Source of the DNA: Heptranchias perlo
Lineage: Eukaryota
Assembly: GCF_035084215.1 (NCBI RefSeq)
Contig: NC_090342.1
Span: forward strand, 20,956,001 to 21,020,000
Direction of reading: 5' to 3'
DNA length: 64,000 nucleotides
The notes beneath the pieces are model-generated. The model was not told the DNA's origin. It made no database searches and worked only from the letters and a program-made list of their open reading frames with translations. Within the stretch, counting starts at the first letter, position 1; every line of letters starts with the position of its first letter. Of this stretch, positions 50,901 to 61,584 are shown in pieces. Made by a program: the position numbers and the translations under genes.

Positions 50901-53291
50901 TTTTAAAATTCTCATCCTTGTTTTCAGATCCCTCCACGGCCTCACCCCTCTACTTCTGTAACCTCCTCCAACCATACAACTCTCCGAGATCTCTGTGCAC
51001 CTCCAATTCTGGCCTTTTGCTGTGCCTTCAGCTGCCTAAGCTCTGGAATTCCCTCTCTAAACCTCTCCATCTCTCTACCGCTCTCTCCCACTTCAAGACG
51101 CTCCTTAAAACCTGCCTCTTTGACCAAGCTTTTGGTCGCCTGTCCTAATAGCTCCCTATGTGACTCGGTGTCAAATGCGCTATATAAATGCAAGTTGTTG
51201 TTATAGCACCTCAACTGCTGCCTGGCTGAGATGAGCGAAATCAACACAGCCCTGGGACATTCTAATCTGTATGTGTGCTAAGGTCTGTTAGACACACATA
51301 CTTAGAACACTCATGTATTTCAACTCCACTTGTATTTTAGGGCTCTGAAGCTGACACAGTTGTATATGTTGTGGGATTAGTAGGAAGACAGAACTGGCAG
51401 CACATCTATACTGCAGTCACACGAGGGTGCCAGCGTGTCTACGTTGTTACTTCTGAGAACCATTTTATTAAAGCGGTAACGGCCAAAAGCCCTCGCCGAA
51501 ACACACGCCTGCGTGAATTGCTGCAAGAGAAACTGCTAAAAGCAGGACCTACTTCAGGTATTGAGGAATCACTGTCCCAGCAACAGCCAAGTTGTATGCC
51601 TTCGGGAGTGCCGTTCACACTTGCAGTACCCAACTCAACCCAGTTTGATTCATCTGTACCCTCCAGCCAGACAGTGGGTGACTTTGCCTCCCGTAAAGCC
51701 AGTGAAATAAAAAAGGAAAGCAGCAACACCGAATCGCAGAAGGAAGACTCCTTTTCAGAAGATTTGGCATTTGCACAAAATTACAGCTGGTCCCCTCAAA
51801 GTCTGGAGTTTGACAACAGAGAATGTGATGAGGCCCAGGAGAGCACAACAGCAGCATGCACCTCCTCTCTTCAAACTAGTGATCGAACCAAGATGGATTC
51901 TTCTGTGGGGAAGACTGAAGAGTCCACTAGTTCTAATAGACTTTCTACACCTTGGTCTCCTGGCAATAAGAGAATTGGTAATACTGTGGACGAAAAGGGA
52001 TCCTCTCCAAAATACTCTAAGGTAAATTAAAATGTTCTGTGGGGTGGTGTAAATTTCTGAAGAATTATTGTTGGATCAAGGTTGATTTTTGGGAACATGA
52101 AATGTTAATAACCACATGATCTGTCCATGCCATCAGCACTGTTTACTGCAAAAATATTTGATTGAACATCAGTCCACCGAGCCAGTAATATCCCTACCTT
52201 TGATCTGACTCCTGAGCAACTGTAATTTACATTAAGGCATTCTCCATATTGTTATTCTTTTTGTCCTTCCTTCAGGACTGGTGAGGGCAATCATTTGCTG
52301 ATCTGTTAAAATTTTATATACATACAGTTACAAGAGAAAATCCCATTCTTTGGTATATGCTGAAAATATTTAATTGCACAGCAATAGTTTTAACAAGGCA
52401 TTTCTTATTTAATGGTCACTTGCTGAATGCTTTTGCCTCAAGTTGTCTAAAGGCAAGGAGGTAAATTTTATAATTGTGCACACCCAGCCAGAGCTCAGAT
52501 CAGGAAATCATGAGCATGCTACCTGTGATTTCCTGCCCATTAATTTTAATGGATAGAAAATCATAGGTTGCATATGTGCTTCCAGCAGCGGAGGCTCCAT
52601 TGGGACCGCACAATCAGAAAATTTACCCCAAGGAGTCTAATCTGTTTTTGTTTTTCTTTCCTTCCTGCATCTCTCCCTCAATTGAATGGTGATCTGCCTA
52701 TAACTGGTGAAGTATACCTTCACTTTTCTTTCCTCCCTCTGACTTCCACCAATTTTTTTTTCCTCACGCCTCCTTGCTGGAGTATGATTCCATTGGCACT
52801 TGTCACACTCTGAGGCCGTGCCTAAATAGTTAATGTTGGCAGCCTATTTAACTATAAGGGGATGACTGCCAAGCCAAATCCTAAAGAATGATGACTATTG
52901 AACTTTAGGATGAGTAATATAACTTTAAATAACTTGGAGAGTGGAATTCTTGATCTGTACCATCAATGACACAAACAGCTCTAATGATTGGACTCAATGA
53001 AGGTAGGCAGAGAGTTCAATTCAACTTAAATAGCTGGGATTTTTTTTATTGCATCATGTATTGGCTGGTGTTCTTTAAATGCTTGGAAACATGACTAAAT
53101 TTATTTTATGGATAGATACTTACAAACTCAACCAATGGCTCTTTCTGGGGAATTTAAGATTTTCTTTTATTTTGCAGGTACTCTTGATGGAATCGCCTCT
53201 TGGCTGCACTAAGTTTAAGCAGCTGGCACTCGACCACTCACCCCCAAGAGGAAAAATGAATGCGAAGCAGCTCTTTAAAGAGGAAAAGTGA
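23797..53291 (+). CDS. HELB: DNA helicase B (SF1B, RecD2-like), 13 coding exons, 3312 nt, 1103 aa
   Basis: Walker [18 protein letters not shown], Walker [44 protein letters not shown]; N-terminal VFGRF..TAPWW; all junctions GT-AG and phase-consistent. Confidence 0.96.
25207..26141 (+). mobile_element. CR1/HER1 LINE 3' fragment
   Basis: [16 protein letters not shown]...[19 protein letters not shown]; attctatgattctat tail. Confidence 0.92.
26142..26601 (+). mobile_element. Second CR1-type LINE 3' fragment
   Basis: [32 protein letters not shown]; ttcttatgttctta tail. Confidence 0.9.
26681..27046 (+). CDS. HELB: HELB exon 2
   Basis: ctctag|TT ACA; [24 protein letters not shown]; TCA G|gtaagc. 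Confidence 0.93.
27790..28102 (+). mobile_element. Degenerate CR1 3' end
   Basis: agatcagccatgatctcattgaatgg...ggcctactcctgttcct. Confidence 0.7.
28628..28916 (+). mobile_element. Internally deleted CR1 copy
   Basis: [19 protein letters not shown] fragment fused directly to a CR1 3' tail. Confidence 0.8.
29150..30770 (-). mobile_element. CR1 LINE fragment
   Basis: [35 protein letters not shown]. Confidence 0.9.
30960..31272 (-). mobile_element. L2-type LINE fragment
   Basis: Matches 44680-45002. Confidence 0.8.
32243..32442 (+). CDS. HELB: HELB exon 3
   Basis: [19 protein letters not shown]...WKLGFSL|gtaagt. Confidence 0.92.
34339..35151 (+). CDS. HELB: HELB exon 4 (Walker A, acidic HELB-specific motif)
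   Basis: gatag|ATT CTC; [40 protein letters not shown]; CAG|gtaact. Confidence 0.96.
37082..37189 (+). mobile_element. 108-bp Penelope-type terminal-repeat insertion with 13-bp TSD
   Basis: TTATTACCCAATA at 37069-37081 and 37190-37202; related tail at ~5500-5548. Confidence 0.8.
37100..37138 (+). ncRNA. Minimal type-I hammerhead ribozyme motif
   Basis: TTCAC-CTGACGA-A-GGAGG aag CCTCC-GAAA-GC-TT-GTGAA: stems I and II fully paired, core boxes intact. Confidence 0.7.
38498..38678 (+). CDS. HELB: HELB exon 5 (Walker B)
   Basis: [14 protein letters not shown]...LKKLIILG|gtaagt. Confidence 0.96.
39535..39994. mobile_element. Non-autonomous DNA transposon remnant
   Basis: ggggtagaaatt ... aatttgatcccc imperfect termini, similar to the MITE at 54117. 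Confidence 0.4.
40165..41143 (+). mobile_element. L2-type LINE 3' fragment
   Basis: YAHDTHLY...[10 protein letters not shown]...RNLGVLFD; SRLDYSN; (gtt)n tail. Confidence 0.92.
41770..41911 (+). CDS. HELB: HELB exon 6
   Basis: [12 protein letters not shown]...[14 protein letters not shown]; ctag / gtatgt. Confidence 0.96.
42640..42785 (+). CDS. HELB: HELB exon 7
   Basis: [41 protein letters not shown]; cttag / gtgagt; phases 2 to 1 fit. Confidence 0.88.
43526..43610 (+). CDS. HELB: HELB exon 8
   Basis: [28 protein letters not shown]; ggcag / gtaact. Confidence 0.92.
43965..44470 (+). mobile_element. CR1 3' fragment inserted in an L2 (AAC)n tail
   Basis: [10 protein letters not shown]...[14 protein letters not shown]; aacaacaac on both sides. 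Confidence 0.9.
44470..46400 (-). mobile_element. L2-type LINE, reverse transcriptase region
   Basis: ORF 45320-46309: [37 protein letters not shown]; frameshifted. Confidence 0.93.
46776..46835 (+). CDS. HELB: HELB exon 9
   Basis: [19 protein letters not shown]; tgcag / gtgaga. Confidence 0.92.
47872..48049 (+). CDS. HELB: HELB exon 10
   Basis: [10 protein letters not shown]...[10 protein letters not shown]. Confidence 0.94.
48510..49380 (-). mobile_element. Old CR1-like fragment interrupted by a MITE-like insert (~48578-48712)
   Basis: ggaaggccattttgccc tail; accagaactgaacacagta motif; insert has aatttccagagg / cctctgaaaatt ends and resembles 59115-59260. Confidence 0.5.
50201..50347 (+). 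CDS. HELB: HELB exon 11
   Basis: [15 protein letters not shown]|gtgaga. Confidence 0.95.
50750..51203 (+). mobile_element. L2-type LINE 3' end
   Basis: Matches 40580-41143; ends atataaatgcaagttgttgtt. Confidence 0.88.
51341..52021 (+). CDS. HELB: HELB exon 12
   Basis: [27 protein letters not shown] then low-complexity tail; AAG|gtaaat. Confidence 0.94.
53178..53291 (+). CDS. HELB: HELB exon 13 (last)
   Basis: ttgcag|GTA CTC; MESP...KFKQLAL...KQLFKEEK*; AATAAA at 53327 and 53897. Confidence 0.88.
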   Translation, partial: VLLMESPLGCTKFKQLALDHSPPRGKMNAKQLFKEEK

Positions 53292-54116
53292 AGATGCACA
53301 GACTTTATAAAAGGAACAAACACTGAAATAAAGTGAAGTTAAAGGAGTAGCATGCTTTCACTTGGAGGTTTAATGCCCTCGACAAAGTTGAAAGTTCCAC
53401 CCATAGTGCTTTTAAAGTGGTTGTATGACTGCAACTTGCACCAACCAAGACATGTAAAATTGTCATCAAATCTTAGATGTTCCTAATGGATATAGTTCAG
53501 CTATTCTGCTCTTTATTCATGTTAGTTTGTGATAATTTAACAGTTGCTATTTTAAAAAAAATTCATTATTTCTATTTCCTGAAAAAAAATGGTGATTGGC
53601 TTCTGCAAACCAGTGTTTAAATTTTACCATCATCTTATACATCACAGATATGGCTAAGTGATGTACTATATAAAAAAAATTTTTAAACCATTTTGCATTT
53701 TAAGTACAAATGCAATCTTAAAACTAAACTACTGCAGTCACAGTGCATGTTTTTACCTGGTTTTATTTCATCTTGCATATCCCATACAAATTAGCAGTGA
53801 AGTTTCCCAAAACCTTAGAGGACGATAAATATCATGCTACCAAAGTAGGAAATTTGTACAAAAATACTTTACAGTTTATAATACTTGTTTGTTACAAATA
53901 AAAATACATTGTCCAAAGGACATAGGTATGACAGATTTGATTCAAGTTTACCTAGATTATAGCTGTCTATATTTGTGTTGCTGGCAGTGCTTTTTTTAAA
54001 ATATGAATCACATCTGTAGGCTGGAAAACTTAATATAATGGGTGTGTTCTTCAGTGGTTGTAAGTTAAATAAGTCAAAGCAGGGTACAGATGTTCCCTTG
54101 ATTTCTTTTAAAAACC

Positions 54117-54264
54117 GGGGGTAGATTTTAACTTTCACCACTGGGCAGAAAACTGGCGTTAGTCGATCGGTTGTCCATTATACACCCCGCCTGATATTCC
54201 TTTCCATAAAGTCAATCTGCGACCACCAGTTTTCACCTGGCAGTGAAAGTTAAAATCTACCCCC
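54117..54264. mobile_element. MITE with perfect 22-bp terminal inverted repeats
   Basis: GGGGGTAGATTTTAACTTTCAC ... GTGAAAGTTAAAATCTACCCCC. Confidence 0.85.
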
Positions 54265-55494
54265 ATGTGTTTTGATTCACTGGAGTGAGGCACAACCAAC
54301 AATAATACTAACATTTAACCAGCCTTAAATTCATATACATCAAAGTAGAATTCATATTTCAGTTATACTGATTTACAAAGTCAATCTTTTACAAATACAA
54401 ATGTGTTCATTAACTATTTACCAGCCCCAATGATGGACCATAAAATGTAGAAGACACTATACACATAAATGAGCAGGTTTAGGATTACCTATTTAAAAAT
54501 GGATTAATATTAAGACTAAGTAATCCAAATGGCAGGTACTTATCACGAGTTACAGTCCTTGTGGCAATATCAGAATCTCCATGGTAAAAGATAAGACTAT
54601 AAAATCCTAGCAGAGAGAAGGTCACCTGTGGTTAGTTGTTTTTTTTTATTACTGGGGATGGCATTTTATTTTCTCATTAATTAGGGTTCTCCCTTAGCAA
54701 GTCAGTGCTTTTAAAAATCGAGACTAAAGCTTAGCTATAATTCTAACATTTTGGAGTTTGTGAAAGGAGGGAAATGTTCAAGGCAGATCACTGTGTAGTT
54801 TTAAGCATTACTGGAAATAAGAGCAGAGAAATGCTTCACAAGGCCATTGCTGCTTCCCAGCAAGTTCCCTCTCAAAGGCTAATAGGAACAAAACATTTTG
54901 GCCAAAAACCAGTTCACAGAAGACTGGCCAAATAAATTATTTGTCTGTGCAGTTTTAAACTTTTCATTAAAACATATACACTCACCAGGGGTAAAGACTC
55001 TGTGCTGCATCAATAGTTTTACAATATTTTTTGAATATAATTGAGATTCTCAATTTAATTAAAAAGGTTCACTTTACATTTTTTAAGCAGCACAGGTGTA
55101 AATTTCTTTTGGCCAGTAACCAGCTGGCAGCATCATAAATAGATCATAAAAAATATTAGCTTTTCTAGAATTTGGACAGTAATTGCCAGAAAAAAAACCC
55201 ACTCTTGGCATAATGAGTACAGTTTTTGTTTCCTGGCTGTGCCCTGCATAGACTGGCTTAATTATGCTTCACAGTTTTGTCAAACCTGTTAATTTTTTTT
55301 GTCATTTGCAGTGGGTGGGAGGGGGCTTATCAAAAAAGGTAGGTTTCTGCTCATTTATGAAATCTGTGTGCTTGGAACCTGTGATTCACATGACTGACTA
55401 AAAAGGTGGCTTTTCCACAAATGAACATTATTAAAGTGAGTTAGCACCATTGAAAATCCACAATGCCTCAGTCTATCGGACTGAATACCTTACA

Positions 55495-55734
55495 CTACAA
55501 TGTGTTTGTGTTTTCCTGCATCTCTGTACTACAAAGTCTTCCTTTCTGTTGCCTGAAACCGTGAGCTTCATCCTGCTCACTCCATTCTCCTGCTTGTGAT
55601 GTCTGATCTACAGGGAGCACTTCCTGAAAGGCCAGTGGGTTTCTGCTGATGACCAGTTCAAGTTTATTGCCAGAATCTGCAATTAGAGGCACCACCAGGC
55701 AGCAGTCAAAGTCTCTGGTACGAATGTGATTTAC
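55495..55734 (-). CDS. GRIP1: GRIP1 last exon
   Basis: caacag|GTA AAT CAC...ACA TTG TAG. Confidence 0.94.
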   Translation of the reverse strand, partial: VNHIRTRDFDCCLVVPLIADSGNKLELVISRNPLAFQEVLPVDQTSQAGEWSEQDEAHGFRQQKGRLCSTEMQENTNTL

Positions 55735-58700
55735 CTGTTGCAAGGAAAGGAAGTAGACATCAATCTTTTTAGTCTCGCCTTCCAAGAAATATGAACAGCA
55801 ATAATTTTTTTTTAATGCTTTATGTGGGTTAAAAATGGATTTAAGTGTTGAATTTGATATACCTGCAACAACCTATCATAGGGCTTGACACCACCAAGGG
55901 CAGCTGGTCCATTTGGGCGAATGTTGTTGACATACACACCTTTCTCCAGCAGGCCATCTGAAACACTGAATCCAAAATCTTCAATATCTGAATCTTTGTA
56001 TAGCGTTACCTGTGAAAGGTTTCAAGAAGGTATTAAATTAATTAATAGCAAAACTTTCCAACTTGGTACGGAATCAATGTAATTTCATGATTATGTTTGA
56101 GTAGAGGAATGCATGCTGGTTTCTGCAATGTTCCATTAAAACTCCTCTCCTGGATAAAGAAATTATCCAACACTACAGTGTAACTTTGTGCTGCCTTAGC
56201 ACATCCTATTTGAATAATCAGGCCTTTGTGATTGAAGTTAAATTACAACACAGATCTACTTTCAATTCTAGGTTTACAAATGAGGAAAAACAATGAGTTT
56301 TACTAGTCTAATTACTGTAATTGGTCAAACTGATAATTCCATTCTCAACACTTCAGTTTCTATAATGAAAAAAACCTGAATTTAGAAAGACAGAAACATG
56401 ACCAGCATAAATATATTTTATAGAGTCTAAAACCTTGTGCAACTCCACTGGTGTTGGAGACATGATTTCTTTCATTTCTTGCTTGATTTTTCTAATAGCA
56501 AACGACTTTGATCTCCCACCATCTGACGGTAAAGTGTTGCTGCGGGAAGCCTGGGTGTAATGTGTCCTGACAGCATTTCTCTCCTGAAAGCTTGATTGTC
56601 TTCCAAGTGGCCTGTGCGCCAGACTGTTTTCATGATTCAGACTCAGTGTGCTCCCAGACATGATTGTTGCCTGTTGGATTAAATAACAAATCTGTAAAGT
56701 TCGGGGTCCCAGAAAATAAAGTGAAAAGGCAACTCTTTGCATTAGCGATGGTGAATAAGAGTTAGGCACATTGTGGAATGCAGTGTTATGTTCACACACA
56801 TTTTGTATTTTGAGTTGATTCAGAAGATTAGTAAGGCAGAATATAGCTTGGTGTTATTATTTAAACTAAATGTATGTACAGGTTTGTGTTAGTATGGATT
56901 ACAAAGCTGCATTTATTTAGTGTTAAATACTAAGCTGTTAATTTTAGCGAGTTTTAGGCAGAAGTCTTGCCACTACATTGTATGTACGCTCTTAAAAATT
57001 ATTGCTTCACACCACGACTAAACATTCAAAAAAGTACCAATATAGCCAAGTTTCTCAAATTCAGTTGGTTTTGGTTGCCAGCCTTCTTTAAAGAGGAGCT
57101 AGGTTCCTGTAATTATTAAGTAAGACCGTATGATATAGGCTAAAGAACAAAAGCTGGGTCCAAAATAATGACTCATTCAATATTACTTCTCTGAAATAGT
57201 GAAAACCTCATACCTCCAATTCTCTCAGGATTCCTGACTGACCACACGTTTCTAAATCTTCTAGAGCCTGGGACCAAAAGTTTTCTTCCTGATCTGCTTC
57301 TAATCCATCATGACCACCTACATAACTGAAATTTGTTCAAAGAAAAAGGTATATATATACATATTAAAATCCTTGTGTAGGGTACGCTCTTCCTGTCCAA
57401 AAATCTTACTTGAAATGTTAAAATAGAAATTACATTCAGTTTTGCTGTATTAACTGTTATGATGTAGTTGCAGGCTGTGGTCACTAGGTGACTCTGGGAG
57501 GCAGTTTCTAATAACTCGCCATCTTATATATAAAAAAAAATTCAACAACTAACTTCGGGTAATGCCATACAAATATATATATATTCACCCACAAGTTAAT
57601 AAATTACCTTGTAAACTGTTAAAATAAGATTAAAATCTATTAAATGTTGGTGTTCAGGGAGACTTGCGTGTCCTCGTACAAGAAACACAAAGTTAGCAAG
57701 CAATTAGGAAAGCAAATGGAATGTTGGCCTTTGATGCAAGGGGGTTGGCAGTCTTCCCACAATTGTACAGGGCTTTGGTGAGACCTCACCTGGAGTACTG
57801 TGTATAGTTTTGGTCTCCTTATCTAAGGAAGGATATACTTGCCTTAGAGGCAGTACAGCGAAGGTTCACCAGATTAATTCCTGGGATGAGAGGGTTGTCC
57901 TATGAGGTGAGGTTGAGTAGAAGTAGCCTATACTGTCTGGAGTGTAGAAGAATGAGAGAGGATCTCATAGAAACAAAAAATATTATGAGGGGGCTTGACA
58001 GGGTAGATGCTGAGAGGTTGTTTCCCCTGGCTGGGGAGTCTAGAACTAGGGGGCATAGTCGCAGGATAAGGGATCGGCCATTTAAGACAGAGATGGAGGA
58101 AGAATTTCTTCAGAGAGTTGTGAATCTTTGGAATTCTCTACCCCAGAGGGCTGTGGATGCTGACTCATTGAATATACTAAAGGCTGAGACAGACAGATTT
58201 CTGGACTCTAGGAGAATCATGGGATACGGGGATCAGGCAGAAAAATGGAGTTGAGGTCGAAGATCAGCCATGATCTGACTGAATGGCAGAGCAGCCTCGA
58301 GGGGCCATGTGGCCTACTCCTGCTCCTATTTCTTACGTTCTTATGTAAAATTGGAACGGTTTCCTTCATCATGCCTTTAGTGTTATTTACTTGTGAAATA
58401 TGTGGCTTGGAGTTAAGAATGGAGAGTTGAAATTCTGGCCCATGGAGGAAGGAGGTGGAGTTTGTGTAGTTGTTGCTGGGGCCACAATTTGAGGTAGAAC
58501 CCAGATACGCCAGGTTTGCATCTCTTAAGATGAAAATCCTGACCCAGGGTAGATGGTGCTTCTTCTCCCTGCCCTCTGCATCCTGGCAGCAATTTTGGGG
58601 CATGGCTAGGGGCATTCCCAACCAACCCTGTTAGCGAACATGTAAACTGCTGAGCCTGAGCAGGCTTGGGTTGCAATTTGGACTTCCTAATCTATACCAT

Positions 58701-60132
58701 TTTGAAAATAAGGTCACCCAATGCATGTCCCTAATTTACAGGTTTCACTATACTCAAAATATTCAGAATTTTTGCCACCCTAGTACGATTCCTAATTAAT
58801 TGTCCCCATCCCTTTAAATTTCACTTAAACACAGTTACCACTCCCACCACTAGTGTGCCTTATTACCGCACCTTAAGCCATGCTCATCAGATGACCATGG
58901 AAAATTTGATGGGACTTGCAGTTGAGTCTGTTTACAACCCATCAAAAGCCTTTGTGGCATAAACTACACCAAAAGCAGAAAATCCAGGCTTCATTGCTTA
59001 GATTAACGCATAAAGAATGACACGTGTGGAAGGCATCAGTGGGTTGTCAGTTCCCAAGGAACCATATCCAGCATGAGGTGGTGCAAGATCTGGGTAGAAT
59101 AGTTAAACATACATGCCCGGAATTTGTTCTGGAGCTCATCAGTGTGAGAAACAGTATAAATGGCTTAAAATGACCATTTACACCATTTTTCCAGGATTTC
59201 CATGATCTTCTGATGAAATGATGATGGGAGATTGGGAGAACCCCGTGGAAATTCAGGGCCACAATCTCCTACTTCAAAAGTAATTTGGGAGAATGGGACT
59301 GTAACAGGATAATAGTAATGTACAATTTGTCAAATGTCACTGAGGCCAAGTATTTAAAATAATTTTTGTGGCCTTCCTGCATAAATGCATTAAACAGAGT
59401 GGTACTCAGGAAACTCTTGGATCCAATCCCCAGGTTACACTGAGTTAACCCAATTCAGCTGGCCCAGATATGGGGACACTACAAGTCAACCTCAAAGTTC
59501 TAGACATTTTGTGGGTGGGTGGGTGGGTGGGTGGGTGGGTGGGTGGGTGGGTGGGGCGGAAATGAAGAAAGAAACAAACAGAGTTCTGCTCCTGACTCTT
59601 GTCCAGTGACCCCCTGCTGGAACTGCATATTTGTGGAACTTCATCCATATACTAATTTGCTGGCTTCAGAAAACAAGTGAGAGAAGCAATCAGAAAAAAC
59701 TAAGTGAGGAAAGACAAAAATAAGACGTTCATATGCATTCTAACATTACACTGTCGTCGTCTTCTTTACAATGTAAAAGCTCATATATTGTTTCACAACT
59801 GCCATTCTCTGATGTATTGGAACATGTGCAAACTTAACAACTGTTCCTGTTCATTATTAAAGTTGTTCATTTCACAGATGAAATCTTTCAACCAAAAAGA
59901 AGCCAAACCATAGCACAGGGGAAAAATAAAAGTTATTTCAGCTGCTATTCCTACTGAAAAATTAATTGTACAACTCACCCACTAGTGGTGGGTCTATCCC
60001 ATTCATCATCACTCAATGCTACATCATGATAAGGGTTATTACGTTGCCTGCTGGCAGGCGAAAAACTTAGTTTAGCACTTCTCCATTCGTGTGCATGAAG
60101 ACTATATCCAGAGGCTTGATATCCAGAAGGAC
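55495..60132 (-). CDS. GRIP1: Glutamate receptor-interacting protein 1, 3' part (linker and PDZ7); exons 60132-59979, 57325-57214, 56670-56434, 56009-55863, 55734-55495; gene continues beyond the window
   Basis: [26 protein letters not shown]; RSNTLPSD; [39 protein letters not shown]; [13 protein letters not shown]; ends TNTL*; synteny with HELB. Confidence 0.95.
55863..56009 (-). CDS. GRIP1: GRIP1 PDZ7 exon
   Basis: [19 protein letters not shown]...KPYDRLLQ|gtatat. Confidence 0.95.
56434..56670 (-). CDS. GRIP1: GRIP1 exon
   Basis: [14 protein letters not shown]...SPTPVELHK. Confidence 0.94.
57038..57085 (-). CDS. GRIP1: GRIP1 candidate cassette exon (or start at 57106)
   Basis: [16 protein letters not shown]|gtactt, phase 0-0; resembles my recollection of human EKADRRVSLRNMTLL at the same position. 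Confidence 0.65.
57214..57325 (-). CDS. GRIP1: GRIP1 exon
   Basis: [37 protein letters not shown]|gtatga. Confidence 0.94.
57645..58345 (+). mobile_element. CR1-type LINE 3' fragment
   Basis: Same family as 26142-26601. Confidence 0.9.
59513..59556 (+). repeat. (GGGT)10GGGG microsatellite
   Basis: Direct reading. Confidence 0.95.
59979..60132 (-). CDS. GRIP1: GRIP1 exon
   Basis: [17 protein letters not shown]...[16 protein letters not shown]|gtgagt. Confidence 0.9.
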
Positions 60133-61584
60133 CTAAGGAAGGAAATAATGATAATGTGATTCAAAGCTAATATTTCAGAAACAATCTAGTAATGTTTAAT
60201 AAAAGATTCAAAGCCAGTTGAAACACTTGGCAGAATCCTGTGTATGCACAACTGAAGGGATTTGAGAAGGCAAGAAACACAGTGATTATGGGGCCATTCA
60301 ATCTTAAAAATGTTTCACAGACAGAAAATGGCATTTAACAAAAAGAAATTCACAAATGTGTCCAAGTTCCTCATTGAGTTGATTGTTAATGTTTTTCGAA
60401 TTAATAAACTGGTTCCACACCAGCATATACTGTAGTCCGGGCCATGTCACAGTTTATAGTTTAATATCACACACTGACACACAAACTTAATTTAATCACA
60501 CTCACGTAACCTGCCAACAGTGGAAATATTTTTTGATTTTTTAAAAAAACAGTTGCTATGTCACAATCACTTAAAGACAATCAGATTTGACAGCATTAAC
60601 CCACTCTTTTATAAAATCAAAACTATTAGATATCCAAAATTATAGCAAATGATAGCCAGATTACTTAAGCCTTGTTGTGAAATACAATCATGATTCCTAC
60701 AAGTGATAGCAATGGTAACTCGCATGCAATTTAGTCACAAGTTATTCAACAAGCTTTACTTGATAAAAATGATATTTTATAGTGAGGCAGAGATTCCTCT
60801 CTGTCCCCTCTGGGTTAGTAGAATGCAAACCATGAGTCCAACTACTAGAATGTGACATCCCCATTTGTAAATTTAAGAGTAGTGTCTAGTATTTGATTGG
60901 TAACAATCAAAATTCTAAGCAGTTCATTATACAGAGAACCGATTCTGCAGTCAAGACTTATCGACAAGGTAAGAAATCTTGAAATGTCTAAAATGACAGG
61001 AAATCACTGAAGGAAATGCAATAATCTTCTGGGTGGGACATTTAATCAAGCAGATATAAGATAATTTAGTCTAGTCTAAATTAATAAATTAATAATGACA
61101 GATTCCTGAAATGAGTTTTACTGCTAAGTGAGGTCACATTTCTTTGACTAGTGAATCTCTAAACGAATTTGATATTTAAATGAGTTTGCCAGCTGCCATA
61201 ATTTATTGGGGAAAATGTGAAGCCTGTTAGCATGCTTAATTGATTAATACTAATAAATTATTTAAAGAGAAAGGTTAATTGTCTCATCCAGCCAGTCTTT
61301 TCTATAATGCTGGAGCTGGGATTAAAGTCTGTTAAATAGGCAGCTATTAAATTCACTACACATTACCATGTCCTTGTAATTCCAGGAATATGACCAGATG
61401 TATCAGAAGTTAGTCATTATATAAATTATGCAGGATATTGCTGATGTTCAAAAATGGTTTTCATATAACTTTATTACATATAGAGCTACGGAAATATTTC
61501 AAGCAGTACAATTACAATGAAATCGCACACTTAGGTGTTAAAAGCTCAGTATAGTGACTAGCACAACTGGAAATTTCTTTTCCC

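Noticed and set aside
59445-59978. Possible alternative GRIP1 terminal exon
   Set aside because: ORFs derive from a SINE remnant and the (ACCC)n repeat; no GRIP-like sequence
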